NCBI RefSeq assembly: GCF_018350175.1
Contig: NC_058382.1
Location: 51,958,001-52,022,000 of the forward strand
DNA length: 64,000 nt
Direction of reading: 5' to 3'
Source: Felis catus
Lineage: Eukaryota
Position 1 is the stretch's first letter. Each line of letters begins with the position of its first letter. Below are positions 24,225-37,797 of the stretch, piece by piece. The position numbers and the translations under genes are program-made. Under the pieces are notes generated by a model. It saw only the letters and a program-made list of their open reading frames with translations. It had not been told where the DNA came from and searched no databases.

Positions 24225-27200
24225 GGGCAGGGGTGCCTGGGTGGCTCAGTCGGTTGAAGGTCCAACTTCAGCTCAGGTCACGATCTCGCAGTCTGTGAGC
24301 TCAAGCTTCATGTGGAGCTCTGTGTTGACAGCTCAGAGCCTGGAGCCTACTTTGGATTCTGTGTCTCCCTCTCTCTCTGCTCCTCCCCTGCCCACGCTCT
24401 GTCTCTCTCAAAAATAAATAAACATAAAAAAACTTTGAAAAAAAAAATAGAAGTCTTTGGCGCATCTGGATGGCTCAGTTGGTTGAACGTCTGCTTGGGA
24501 TTCTCTCTCTCCCTCTCTCTGCCCCTCCCTGACTCTGTGCACACGCACGTGCATGTGTGCACAGGGACCCTCACATCTCAAAGTTATTTTGAGATCAAAA
24601 AAACTCCATTGAGAACATGATTTGGGGAAGTTGCCGGAGTGCCAAAAGATGCCAACATTGGCCTAAATAGGATCTCAGATCATTATGAAGTTATGTTTAT
24701 CTATTTCACTAACATGACAATAGACAATGTTAAAGGCGAATGGAGAAGGTTATACAGCTGTGAACAAAACTTCGTTCTTCTAACATTGAGAAGACTGGGT
24801 TTTCTTATGTAATCAAAGACCCGATAAAGACAACGTGAAGCACAGTAAATTATTTTGGTAAGACATGGAATCTTTGCTTTCCACGTAGGTTACCCAAAAG
24901 GTAAAAAAACACCTTTCACAATCTCTTACCAAGCGCAGGCTAATAGTCCAGGAAAACTTAGTCCTTTTAACAGAGAGAAAACTAAATTCTAATATTCTAC
25001 AAGTATACTTCTGATATTAAAACTCATTCTTGGGGACGCCTGGGTGGCTCAGACGAAGGGTAAGCATCTGACTTCAGCTCAGGTCATGATCTCACAGCTT
25101 GTGGGCTTGAGCTCCACTTCCGGCTCTGTGCTGACAGCTTGGAGCCTGGACTCTGCTTCAGATTCTATGTCTCCTTCTCTCTGCCTCCCCTCTGCCTGCA
25201 CTCTGTCTCTCTCAAAAATAAATAGACATAATAAACAAACAAACAAATAAATAAATAAAATTCATTCTTGGAGCGTCTGGGTGGCTCAATCGGTTGAGTG
25301 TCTGACTCTTGATTTTGGCTCAGGTCATGATCTCACTGTCCTAAGATCGAGCCCCATGTTGGGCTCTGCATTGAGCTGGAAACTGGTTAAGATTTTCTCT
25401 TTCCCTGGGTGCCTGGGTGGCTCAGTCAGTTAAGCGTCTGACTTTGGCTCAGGTCATGATCTCACGGTCCGTGAGTTCGAGCCCCGCATCAGGCTCTGTG
25501 CCGACAGCTCAGAGCCTGGAGCCTGCTTCATATTCTGTGTCTCCCTCTCTCTGCCCCTCCCCCATACACACTCTATCTCTCTCTCAAAAACAAATAAACA
25601 TTAAAAAATAAAAAAAAATAAAAGATTTTCTCTCTCCCTCTGCCCAGCCCCTGCTCATGGTCTCTCTCTCTCAAAATAAATAAACATTAAAAAAATTAAA
25701 ATAAAATCATTCTTTAAAAACTTAAGTAAACTCATTCCCATTTTAGTTAGTCTGGCCAAACATAAAATTCCATTTCCAAGATTTGTTTCCTGTAAACCTT
25801 CTACAACTTTTTCAGATCCATTCTGATTCTGTCTGGGTGTTTTTCCTGTTTCTAATTCTGGAACAAACACTCATTCTACTTTCCTTACCTATTTTTTGTA
25901 TGCAGTTGTTCTCATATTTATTATTTCTAAGTGTTTTTTTTTTAATGTTTATTTTTGAGAGGAGAGGGGCAGAGGGGGGGGGACAGAGGATCCAAAGCGG
26001 GCTCTGAGCTGACAGCAGACAGCCTGACACGGGTCTCAAGCTCACAAACTGTGAGATCATGACCTGAGCCGAAGTTGGACGCTTAACTGACTGAGTCACT
26101 GAGGTGCCCTCCAAGTAGTTTTAACTACATATATTGATAAGAGCTCTTTGTCCTTAGAATCCTTAATTCCAGTTAAAACTAAGAAGAAAGCAATGGTAGA
26201 CTGTTGCACCAGCATTCTGTGGATTGGCAAATTTATAAAAATACATTTCACAATTCCTAGAAGTATATTCTTCCCCGTAATAAACTTTTCAATGTGGCAC
26301 AAAACATGTTTACTAATAGACCCGAGTATCTTTAGTTCCTCTGTAAAAGGAAACCAAAGAGTAGATAAGCCTATGTCCAGTAATTAATGTTTTGGTATTT
26401 TGTCTTTTTGGGAAACGATCTAGATATTCAATAAATATTCCCCCTTTAACTTCCAAAAGGACTTTGGAAACTATTTTTAGATAGGCATACCATAAAGACT
26501 CATTATTGTTGAAAAGTTTCTTTATAATAAACTTTTATCTTACTTCTATCTATTGTTCTTAAGTACTATTCTCAGACTACTCATAAAAATTTCATGAGAC
26601 ATTAAACAGCTAACCATCACCTTATCTTTTTGGCTGACAAATTTATAATAGAGATAACCTGACTTTCATTAAACTAAATAAAATGAAAATATTATATTCA
26701 ATGCTGGTAACTCTAAAGATATGCCTGTTTTAATTAAACCAACAAATTAAAACTAGGTTTTATTTTGTGATTATCCTAGATCCCATTAAATTGAAAAAAA
26801 CATTTGGGTTCATTTCTATATTTCTGAAAGTGTACTTAATTTATGTAAATGTTTATTTGTCTTTAAGCCAATCTAGTAGAACTCTTTACAAATCAATTTT
26901 AGTTATAGGTTATACAGTCCAAGGGTAGAAAAATATCACATATCTATAGTATATATACATAAAAATACAGAAATGTATATAGACTCAGATCTTACCACTT
27001 CCATTTTAAAATTTAGCAGGGATACAAGTACAGTAATGCAAACCTCACTAGTTTATAAATGAACAGTTGGGGGCGCCTAGGTGACTCAGTCTGTTAAGCA
27101 TTTGATTTTGGCTTAGGTCATGATCTCACTGTCCATGAGTTTGAGCCCCACGTTGGGCTCTGTGCTGACAGCGTGGAGCCTAGAGCCTGCTTTGGATTCT

Positions 27201-27310
27201 GTGTTTCCCTCTCTCTCCGCCCCTCCCCTGTTTATGCTCTGTCTCTCACTCTCTCTCTCTCTCTCTCAAAAATAAAGAAACGTTAAAAAAAAAATAAATA
27301 ATAAAATAAA
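24225..27310. mobile_element. Cluster of about 7 CanSINEs inserted in the ERV remnant (about 24225-24450, 24459-24590, 25032-25700 nested, 25933-26110 minus, 27069-27310)
   Basis: Repeated gcctgggtggctcag heads, CT tracts and A tails. Confidence 0.85.
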
Positions 27311-30300
27311 ATAGACTGTGGGGATAGTTGTACTTTATAAACAAACAAACAAACAAATTAACAGTTGGATCCAAATTGTGTTTCTGACAGATAAAATAAG
27401 TTTACCTGCTCAGATGGCTGAAGTGTTTACTAATAATTATGGGAAAGACTTAAAGATTTTTCATCCACCTGAGTAGTTTTTTGTTTTTTGGACAAGAAAT
27501 ACCTCCCTGAAGTTTGCATTTCAAAGCTGGCTCTGGGTGCCTACGATGACATCTCAAAGGCACAGAGAAAAGATAAAAGTTCCTCCAAGAAGGGCTTTTG
27601 TTTCCTAAATCCCACTCTTTCACAATATTTGCAGGTCTTTGGAAATGAAGTGGGGAAGTCTGGAGATTGGTAAAGAGGATGGGTTTGCTTGAAAATGTGT
27701 CTATGGCCACATTTCTGTTCTTGTAAAGACTCGATTTGTAAGACCAGTACAGTTATTTTAATTCCTCAAAACACTGGTTTGCAACTGAAATCATATCCCA
27801 TCAAGACACTGGCCTGCCTACCCAACTACATTAGCCTTGATTTTGTATCAAGGAGAAGTTCTTCAACTAAGATGGAAATCAAAAGATCCCATGGTCCAGG
27901 GACACCTGGCTGGCTAGCTTCGTAGAGCATGTGACTCTTGATCTTGGGGTCATGAGTTCAAGCCTCACATTGGGCGTGGAGCTTACTTACAAATAAAAAA
28001 TTAGGGGATTGGATGGGGAGAAGATGGCAGCGACCGCGTCCTGCTGATCGCTTAGATTCCACCCACATCTGCCTAAATAACCCAGAAAACCGCCAGAAGA
28101 CTCGCAGAACGGACTCTCTGGAGGCATGTGTAGACAAAGGACCACGGAAGAGGGTAGGAAGGGCGGAGAGGCGGTGCGCGCTACCTGGACTGGCGGGAGG
28201 GGGCCGGCCGGTGGAGGGGCAGCCGGCCCTGCAAGGCAGAGCCCCCAAGTCTGGCTGGCAAAAGCGGAGGGGCCGGACTGTGTGAGTTCTGACAGCCAGA
28301 GGGACTTAACATCTGGAATGTTAAAAGTCAACAGCTCTGCTGGGAGAGCGGGAGGGCGAGAGGACAACAGGAGGGAGAGGTGTTGAGCCCCGGAAGACAG
28401 AACTCAGCTCGGCGGGGAACAAAGGTGCTCGCCAGCGCCATCTCCCTCTCCCATCCCCCAGCCAAAATCCCAAAGGGAACCAGTTCCCAGCAGTGAACTT
28501 GCTTGCACAGTGCAAACACCAACGCTGTGCTTCTGTGGATCCATCCCTCCGACGGATCTGCCTGCCTCCCTCCCGGTGCTGCTGGGCCCCTCCCTTCCCT
28601 GTGCACCTTGCAGATCCACCCCGACTAATACACCAGATCCCATCAAAGCAGCACCACAAGCCTGGGAGTGTGCAAGTAGCCCAGACAAGGGCCACACCAC
28701 TCCACAGTGAGTCCTGCACCTGGGAGGGGGGAAGATAAGGTACACACCAGTCTGACCGTGGCCCCAGCGGTGGGCTGGGGACAGACATCGGGTCTGACTG
28801 TGGCCCCGCCCACCAACGCAAGTTACTCCAGACAGTTTGGAGCCACCGCAGGGACTACTCAAAATGACACAACTGAAGAATTCTCCTCAAAGGAAACTCC
28901 AGGAAGTAGCAACAGCTAACGAATTGATCAAAAACGATTTAAGCGATATAACGGAACAAGTATTTAGAATAATAGTCATAAAATTAATCGCTGGGCTTGA
29001 AAAAAGTAGACAGGACAGCAGAGAATCTATTGCTTACAGAGATCAAGGGACTAAGAAACAGTCATGAGGAGCTAAAAAAATGCTATAAATGAGGTGCAAA
29101 ATAAAATGGAGGCAACCGCAGCTCGGATTGAAGAGGCAGAGGAGAGAATAGGTGAATTAGAAGACAAAATTATGGAAGAAGAGGAAGCTGAGAAAAAGAG
29201 AGATAAAAAAATCCAGGAGTATGAGGGGAGAATTAGAGAACTAAGTGATGCAATCAAATGGAACAATATCCATATCATTGGAATTCCAGGAGAAGAGAGA
29301 GAGAAAGGGGCTGAAGGTATACTTGAACAAATCATAGCTGAGAACTTCCCTGATCTGGGGAAGGAAACAGGCATTGAAAGCCAAGAGGCACAGAGAACTC
29401 CCTTCAGACGTAACTTGAATCGATCTTCTGCGCGACATATCATAGTGAAACTGGCAAAATACAAGGATGAAGAGAAAATTCTGAAAGCAGCTAGGGATAA
29501 ACACGCCCTAATTTACAAAGGGAAACCCATATGGCAGGCCAGAAAGGAATGGCAGGAAATATTCAATGTGATGAGCAGTAAAAATATGCAGCCGAGAATC
29601 CTTTATCCAGCAAGTCTGTCATTCAGAATAAAAGCAGAGATAAAGGTCTTCCCAAACAAACAAAAACTGAAGGAATTCATCACCAGTAAACCAGCCCTAC
29701 AAGAGATCCTAAGGGGGATTCTGTGAGTGAAATGTTGCAAGGACCACAAAGTACCAGAGACATCACTACAAGCATGAAACCTACAGACATCACAATGACT
29801 CTAAACCCATATCTTTCAACAATAACACTGAATGTAAATGGACTAAATGCTCCAACCAAAAGACATAGGGTATCAGAATGGATAAAAAAAACAAGACCCA
29901 TCTATTTGCTGTCTACAAGAGACTCCTTTTAGACCTGAGGACACCTTCATATGGAAAGTGAGGGGATGGAGAACTATCTATCATGCTACTGGAAGTCAAA
30001 AGAAAGCTGGAGTAGCCATACTTATATCAGACAAACTACACTTTAAATTAAAGGTTGTAACAAGAGATGAAGCAGGGCATTATATAATAATTACAGGGTC
30101 TATCCATCAGGAAGAGCTAACAATTATAAATGTCTATGCACCGAATATGAGTGCCCCCAAGTATATAAAGCAATTAATCACAAACATAAGCAACCTTATT
30201 GATAAGAATGTGGTAATTGCAGGGGACTTTAATACTTCACTTACAACAATGGATAGATCATCTAGACACAGGATCAAGAAACAAGGGCCCTGAATGATAC

Positions 30301-33300
30301 ATTGGACCAGATGGACTTGACAGATATATTTAGAACTCTGCATCCCAAAGCAACAGAATATACTTTCTTCTTGAGTGCACATGGAACATTCTCCAAGATA
30401 GATCACACACTGGGTCACAAAACAGCCCTTCTTAAGTATAAAAGAATTGAGATCATACCATGCATACCTTCAGACCACAATGCTATGAAGCTTGAAATCA
30501 ACCACAGAAAAAAGTCTGGAAAACCTCCAAAAGCATGGAGGTTAAAGAACACCCTACTAAAGAATGAATGGGTCAACCAGGCAATTAGAAAAGAAATTAA
30601 AAAATACATGGAAACAAATGAAAATGAAAATACAACAATCCAAATGCTTTGGGATGCAGCAAAGGCAGTCCTGAGAGGAAAATACATTACAATCCAGGCC
30701 TATCTTAAGAAACAAGAAAAATCCCAAATACAAAATCTAACAGCACACCTAAAGGAAATAGAAGCAGAACAGCAAAGACACCCCAAACCCAGCAGAAGAA
30801 GAGAAATAATAAAGATCAGAGCAGAAATAAGTAATTCATAATCTAAACAAACTGTAGAGCAGATCAATGAAACCAAGAGTTTGTTTTTTGAAAACATAAA
30901 CAAAATTGATAAACCTCTAGCCAGGCTTCTCAAAAAGAAAAGGGAGATGACCCAAATAGATAAAATCATGAATGAAAATGGAATTATTACAACCAATCCC
31001 TCAGAAATATAAGCAATTATCAGGGAATACTATGAAAAATTATTTGCCAACAAACTGGACAACCTGGAAGAAATGGACAAATTCCTAAGCATCCACACAC
31101 TTCCAAAACTTAAACAGGAAGAAATAGAAAACTTGAACAGACCCATAACCAGCGAAGAAATTGAATCAGTTATCAAAAATCTCCCAACAAATAAGAGTCC
31201 AGGACCAGATGGCTTCCCAGGGGAATTCTACCAGACATTTAAAGCAGAGATAATACCTATCCTTCTTAAGCTGTTGCAAAAAATACAAAGGGAAGGAAAA
31301 CTTCCAGAATCATTCTATGAAGCCAGCATTACTTTGATTCCAGACAGAGACCCAGCAAAAAAAGAGAACTCCAGGCCAATATCCCTGATGAATATGGATG
31401 CAAAAATTCTCAATAAGATACTAGCAAATTGAATTCAACAGCATATAAAAAGAATTATACACCATGATCAAGTGGGATCCTGGGCTGCAGGGCTGGTTCA
31501 ACATTTGCAAATCAAGCAATGTGATACATCACATTAATAAAAGAAAAGATAAGAACCATATGATCCTGTCTATCAATACAGAAAAAGCATTTGACAAAAT
31601 TCAGCATCCTTTCTTAATAAAAACCCTCAAGAAAGTTGGTATAGAAGGAACATACTTAAACATCATAAAAGCCATTTATGAAAAGCCCACAGCTAAGATC
31701 ATCCTCAATGTGGAAAAACTGAGAGCTTTCCCCCTGAGATCAGGAACGCGACAGGGACGTCCACTCTCACCGTTGTTGCTTAACATAGTGTTGGAAGTGC
31801 TAGCATCAGCAATCAGACAACAAAAGGAAATCAAAGGCATCAAAATTGGCAATGATGATGTCAAGCTTTCACTTTCTGCAGATGACATAATTTACATGGA
31901 AAACCTGATAGACTCCACCAAAAGTCTGCTAGAACTGATACATGAATTCAGCAAAGTCGCAGGATACAAAATCAATGTACAGAAATCAGTTGCATTCTTA
32001 TACACTAACAATGAAGCAACAGAAAGACAAATAAAGAAACTGATCCCATTCACAATTGCACCAAGAATCATAAAATACCTAGGAATAAACCTAACCAAAG
32101 ATGTAAAAGATCTGTATGCTGAAAACTATAGAAAGCTAATGAAGGAAATTGAAGACATACAGAAATGGAAAAACATTCCATGCTCATGGATTGGAAGAAT
32201 AAATATTGTCAAAATGTCAATACTACCCAAAGCATCTACACATTCAATGCAATCCCAATCAAAACTGCATTGGCATTCTTCTCGAAGCTAGAACAAGCAA
32301 TCCTAAAATTTGCATAGAACCACAAAAGATCCCAAATAGCCAAAGTAATTTTGAAGAAGACCAAAGCAGGAAGCATCACAATCCCAGACTTTAGCCTCTA
32401 CTACAAAGCTGTAATCAAGACAGCATGGTACTGGCACAAAAACAGACCCATAAACCAGTGGAATAGAATAGAAACCCCAGAATTAGACCCACAAAAGTAT
32501 GGCCAACTAATCTTTGACAAAGCAGGAAAGAATATCCAATGGAAAAAAGACAATCTCTTTAACAAATGGTGCTGGGAGAACTGGACAGCAACATGCAGAA
32601 GGATGAAACTAGACCACTTTCTCACACCATTCACAAAAAAAACCACATCAAAATGGATAAAGGACTTGAATGTGAGACAGGAAACCATCAAAATCCTAGA
32701 GGAGAAAGCAGGAAAAAACCTCTCTGACCTCAGCTGCAGCAATTTCTTACTTGACACATCCCCAAAGGCAAGGCAATTAAAAGCAAAAATGAACTATTGG
32801 GATCTCATGAAGATAAAAAGCTTCTGCACTGCCAAGGAAACAATCAGCAAAACTAAAAGGCAACCACCGGAATGGGAAAAGATATTCGCAAATGACATAT
32901 CGGACAAAGGGCTAGTATCCAAAATCTATAAAGACCTCACCAAACTCCACACCCGAAAAACAAATAATCCAGTGAAGAAATGGGCAGAAAACATGAATAG
33001 ACACTTCTCTAAAGAAGACATCCAGATGGCCAACAGGCACATGAAAAGTTGCTCAACATCACTCCTCATCAGGGAAACACAAATCAAAACCACACTGAGA
33101 TACCACCTCACGCCAGTCAGAGTGGCTAAAATGAACAAATCAGGAGACTATAGATGCTGGTGAGGATGTGGAGAAAAGGGAACCCTCTTGCACTGTTGGT
33201 GGGAATGCAAACTGGTGTAGCCGCTCTGGAAAACAGTGTGGAGGTTCCTCAGAAAATTAAAAATAGATCTAACCTATGACCCAGCAGTAGCACTGCTAGG

Positions 33301-35580
33301 AATTTACCCAAGGGATACAGGAGTACTGATGCATAGGGGCACTTGTACCCCAATGTTTATAGCAGCACTTTCAACAATAGCCAAATTATGGAAACAGCCT
33401 AAATGTCCATCAACTGATGAATGGATAAAGAAATTGTGGTTTATATACACCATGAAATACTACATGGCAATGAGAAAGAATGAATTATGGCCTTTTGTAG
33501 CACCATGGATGGAACTGGAGAGTGTTATGCTAAGTGAAATTAGTCATAAAGAGAAAGACAGATACCATATGTTTTCACTCTTATGTGAATCCTGAGAAAC
33601 TTAACAGAAGACCATGGGGGAGGGGAAGGAAAAGAAAAAGGTTAGAGAGGGAGGGAGACAAAACATAAGAGACTCTTAAAAACTGAGAACAAACTGAGGG
33701 TTGATGGGGGGTGGGAGGGAGGGGAGGGTGGGTGATGGGTATTGAGGAGGGCACCTGTTGGGATGAACACTGGGTGTTGCATGGAAACCAATTTGACAAT
33801 AAATTTCATATTTAAAAAAAATTTTTAAATTAAAATAAAAAAATTAAATTAAAAAAAAAGAAATACTTAAAAAAATAATTCTATGCTCTAGATTTAGAGT
33901 TGTGTTTCTTCAGAATTTTTAGTAAGTACTTCCACAAGGCTTTCCCTCTGGGTATAGAGTTTCATTTTAGCTTAAGGGAGAAGGCTTAAGAAAAGTTCCT
34001 ACAGGCTCTGAATATCAGCTTCCAATCCGGCCAATTTATGACCCTAGAGCTACTTAAAAACAACAACAACAACAACACCTTTTGAACATATTGGAATACA
34101 TTGTCAGGTTTCACCTGGGACAAACAGTAAATATTCCTGGCAATAGTGAACAACCCCATGGACACAGGGGAAGGTGCAAGAGAAGGTCCCCAAAGAAGAT
34201 GCAAAGGATACTGCCCTCGCAGATGCAGAGCCAGTCCTAGAGAAAACTGAAAGACCAAGGAATTCCTCTTGAGAGCTGGCAACGGTTGGTAGGACCCTGG
34301 CCACAAACGGGCTACCGTCCCCATTTCTGTCTGGCCGTATTTTGGGAGCCTCCAATCTGACAGCACCCAAACCAAATTCTCGGCACACAAAACGAGACAG
34401 CAAGAGCCGTCCTTGGGAGAGAAAGGATTGATAACCAATATTTTTTTCCTGCCAATTCGAATTTGGAAAGGAAGAGACAACATGAAATTTTACCTTCCTC
34501 TCTCGACCACGCACTACAGGTAGGGATCTGGGATCCCTGCCTTTGATAAGAATTCTTACCCTTTGCTGTCTTCTGCCAGTTTTCCAAGGATGCTGCCTTC
34601 AGGCTCCAGAGTGAGTGGGGTATCCCAGCAAGTCTCATCCTGGTCACCAGAAACTACAGAGAAGGAAAAAATAATTTTCCCTCTACCCTTTATACTGAGG
34701 GCCTGACTGAGACCCTTTTTTTCCTCCCGGAGCACCTTGTAACTGGTAAGCCTAGGTTAAAAGTTCTCCCTCGTGGCCACTGTAATTCAAAATTATCTTC
34801 GGTGCGGTTAATCGGCTTGTTCAGTCTTAAAACAAAATGTTAATACCTGAGGACCCACACTGGACCCAGGTCACTCTGACTTGGAACCAGTCTGATTCTA
34901 GATTCAGTGCAGTTTCTAACCAGAAGCAGTCCAGCCCTGGAGCCAGTCTGACCCTGGACCCAGCTGGTTTCTAAGTCAGAACCAGTCTGACACCGGACCT
35001 ATCCAGTTTCTAAATCAGGTTCGGTCTGACTCCAGGGGCTTTCCGGATTGTCTGGAAAAAAAAAAAAAAAAAGCTCAAATAGCCTGAAAGCTCTTAACAC
35101 AACAGGATCCAAGTGGGATGGGCCCACCACCTCCGGGGCAGCCACAGCAGCGAGCTCAAGGGATCCCGCAGGTACCATCATCTGGTGACTCTTGGTCCCA
35201 GGGGATGTTGGGGATCTCCTTGGGTTCCCTGACACTAGAACTATTAAAAGATAATGTGAGGCACATTAACAATTTTATGACTTTTATTTGAGCAAAACTG
35301 CTTTGAGTGGGCGGTGTGAAACCAGGTGTGGCTAGGAGCACTTTAATGGGAGCTCAGAGAGGCTTGGGTAGAGCAAAGGTGGACGCAGGGTAAGGCTGTG
35401 GTCGATTGGCTAAAGCTTAAAGCTTACAGCCTCGTGGGCTGTTTGTAGGTAGGTTGTCCTTAGTGTTTTGACTTCCTAACCCCGAGGCAGTTACAAGCTT
35501 AGATTTTGATTTGCTTACCTAAAGCCGCCAAGGCTTCAGAGCCAATTCGGTGTCATGGCCTCCTTGTTCCATGAACGCTG
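24590..35580 (-). mobile_element. Degenerate ERV internal and LTR sequence (ERV1/MER4-group-like) on the minus strand, interrupted by SINEs and the L1
   Basis: AT-rich non-coding ERV-internal-like sequence on both sides of the L1. PBS-like motifs on the minus strand at 34632-34649 (TGGTGACCAGGATGAGAC) and 35221-35237 (TAGTGTCAGGGAACCCA), each followed on the + strand by LTR-like sequence. Family and boundaries are approximate. Confidence 0.55.
28004..33846 (+). mobile_element. Full-length LINE-1 (carnivore/felid type), retrotransposition-incompetent
   Basis: GC-rich 5'UTR from ggggattggatggggagaagatggc. ORF1 remnants 28864-29726 (coiled coil, RHIIVKLAKYKD, QPRILYPA). ORF2 remnants 29795-33595 (endonuclease [38 protein letters not shown]-terminal cysteine-rich region) broken by several stops and frameshifts. 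A-rich tail; near-identical TSD aaataaaaaatta (27991-28003) / aaataaaaaaatta (33833-33846). Confidence 0.96.
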
Positions 35581-36670
35581 GTAAAACCTAAGTAAAGTGT
35601 TTTCCAGAGTTCCGGGAGCCGTTCCAGCAAACGTTGAACCTGAGAGGGGATCGTGGGTCAGGAAAAAGTGGGGGTAGCCTGGGCACCCCGTTTGTGGCTG
35701 GTGTCCCAAGTGGGGTCAGTCTAACGGGCTATGGAGCCCTTGAGGTGCGGCTTCTGTGTGAATCCTGGGAGTTTTGATGAGGGAACAGAAGGCAAGCTGA
35801 CACCCACGAAACCACCCCCCTGCAGGTGGGGTAAGTCTGACAGTCCTCAGTCACTTCCGGCTGCCCAAGAACAAAGGAAAGGCCCAAAAACAAATGGTTA
35901 AACTGATAGAATCTCCATCAGTTTAGAAGAAAAGGGCAATCTTATCAATAGCCTAAAGTCCAGTAACTCCCTACTGTCTTAATGTTAATGCATTGCTAGA
36001 GGGGAAAACAACCTTAGTTTGTCAATAGCTAGGCCTCCAGTAATCTGAGTCTTATTTAACATATGGAAACCCCATTAAGAAACTTCCTTTTGGGGCACTG
36101 GGCTGGCTCAGTGGGTAGGGCATCCGACTTCAGCTCAGGTCATGATCTCTCGGTTCGTGGGTTTGAGCCCCGCATCGGGCTCTGTGCTGACAGCTCAGAG
36201 CCTGGAGCCCACATCAGATTCTGTGTCTCCCTCTCTCTCTGCCCCTCCCCTGCTGGTGTTTACTCTCTCTCAAAAAGAAAGTAAACATTAAAACAAATAT
36301 CAACAACAACAACAAAAAAAGAAAGTTCCTCTTGACTTTAACCTCCCCCAACTCTGTACTATATAACCAGTCTTCACAACCCCAGGGCAGCTCTTTCTGC
36401 CCACGGGTTTGTCTCTCTCAAAAATAAACATTAAGTGTGTGTGTGTGTGTGTGTGTGTGTGCATATATATATATATATATATTATATTATATGAACAAAG
36501 GAAATTAAGAGTCACCTCTTTGCACCAAAGACATCTTCAAGAAGTCTTTCTTGGCCGCCCACTCTGAACTTCCCATCACTCCAGAACCTCATGGGGTTAG
36601 CATCAGAATGGAGTCGAATTGTTGGATGCCCAGTGGGTGTTGGGGAGTTGACCCGTGTTAGGAAAACGCC
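35580..36670 (+). mobile_element. LTR fragments (MER21-like) interrupted by a second LTR (about 35776-36590) that itself contains a SINE
   Basis: MER21-like text (ccagagttccgggagccgttccagcaaa...gtggctggtgtcccaagtgggg) resumes at about 36595 (gttagcatcagaatggagtcgaattgttggatgcccag). The intervening block starts tgatgagg and has TATA-like and polyA-like motifs. Confidence 0.5.
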
Positions 36671-37269
36671 TCAGAGAGAAGCCCACACGCCGTCAGCAGC
36701 TCAGCCCTTTGCCCGTCTCCCCGTGCACACGGTGTCTGGAACCGCAGAAGCCCTACCTCTCTTTGGTCGAGGAGTTTCCTTCTCTTCCCTGCTGGGTCTG
36801 TGGAAGACAGCAGACGGCATTCCAGATTTCAGGTGTCTGATCACACAAAGCTGAGTTCTCTGGGCTTCACTCAGTTTACAGGAAAAAGACTGTTTCCGGC
36901 TTCATCTCTGGAACAGAAAAGGATTCGTTAACCTGTACAACCCCAGAGGCGAATCGGACTGTCAGTGGCCAGTTTCTTCCCCCATTTCTTGCTGGTCCTT
37001 GAGGTTGCGGTGGCTCAAGTCCCGTGCAGAGCCAGGCAGAGGGAGGGGACTCCTCAGCTGCTAAAGAGAGAGAGAGACTGAGCAGACCAGCAAGGGCCCC
37101 TCCAGGGAGGGCAGTCCCTCTCCTCCAGCACTGAGCACCTCGGAGCACACCCTCCGTGTCTGTTCTCAGTGCTTAGTTCACTCAGTATCCCCAACAATGG
37201 GGCTGCCCTCCACCCCACCCTCCAGCCAGACTGGTTCTAGGGTCCACCTTCTTTGGAACTGGGGCAGCT

Positions 37270-37797
37270 TGCTCTTTCTTTCTTTCTTTGTTTCTTTGTT
37301 TCTTTTTCTCTTTCTTTCTCTTTATTTAATGTTTATTTATTATTGAGAGAGAGAGAGAGAGACAGATTGTGAGCCAGGGAGGGGCAGAGAGAGACGGAGA
37401 CACAGAATCCGAAGCAGGCTCCAGGCTCTGAGCTGTCAGCACAGAGCCCGACGCGGGGCTCGAACCCACAAACTGCGAGATCATGACCTGAGCTGAAGTC
37501 GGACACTCAACTACTGCACCACCCGGGCGCCCCTGTTTTTGTTTTTGTTTTTTAATAGCTCATTGAATTTCTTCTTTTTTTTTTTTTTAGTTTTTTTAAG
37601 TGTTTTTATTTATTTTTGAGACAGAGAGAGACAGAGCATGAGTGGGGGAGGGGCAGAGAGAGAGGGAGACACAGAATCCAAAGCAGGCTCCAAGCTCTGA
37701 GCGCTCAGCACAGAGCCTGACACAGGGCTCGAACCCAGGAACGGTGAGATCGTGACCTGAGCTGAAGTCGGACGTTTAACCGACTGAGCCACCCAGC
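37270..37797 (-). mobile_element. Two reverse CanSINEs
   Basis: T-rich tails followed by reverse SINEC bodies ending at about 37533 and 37797. Confidence 0.88.

Noticed and set aside
34856..35030. CRISPR-like array
   Set aside because: Mammalian DNA; degenerate tandem units with no unique spacers and no cas genes.
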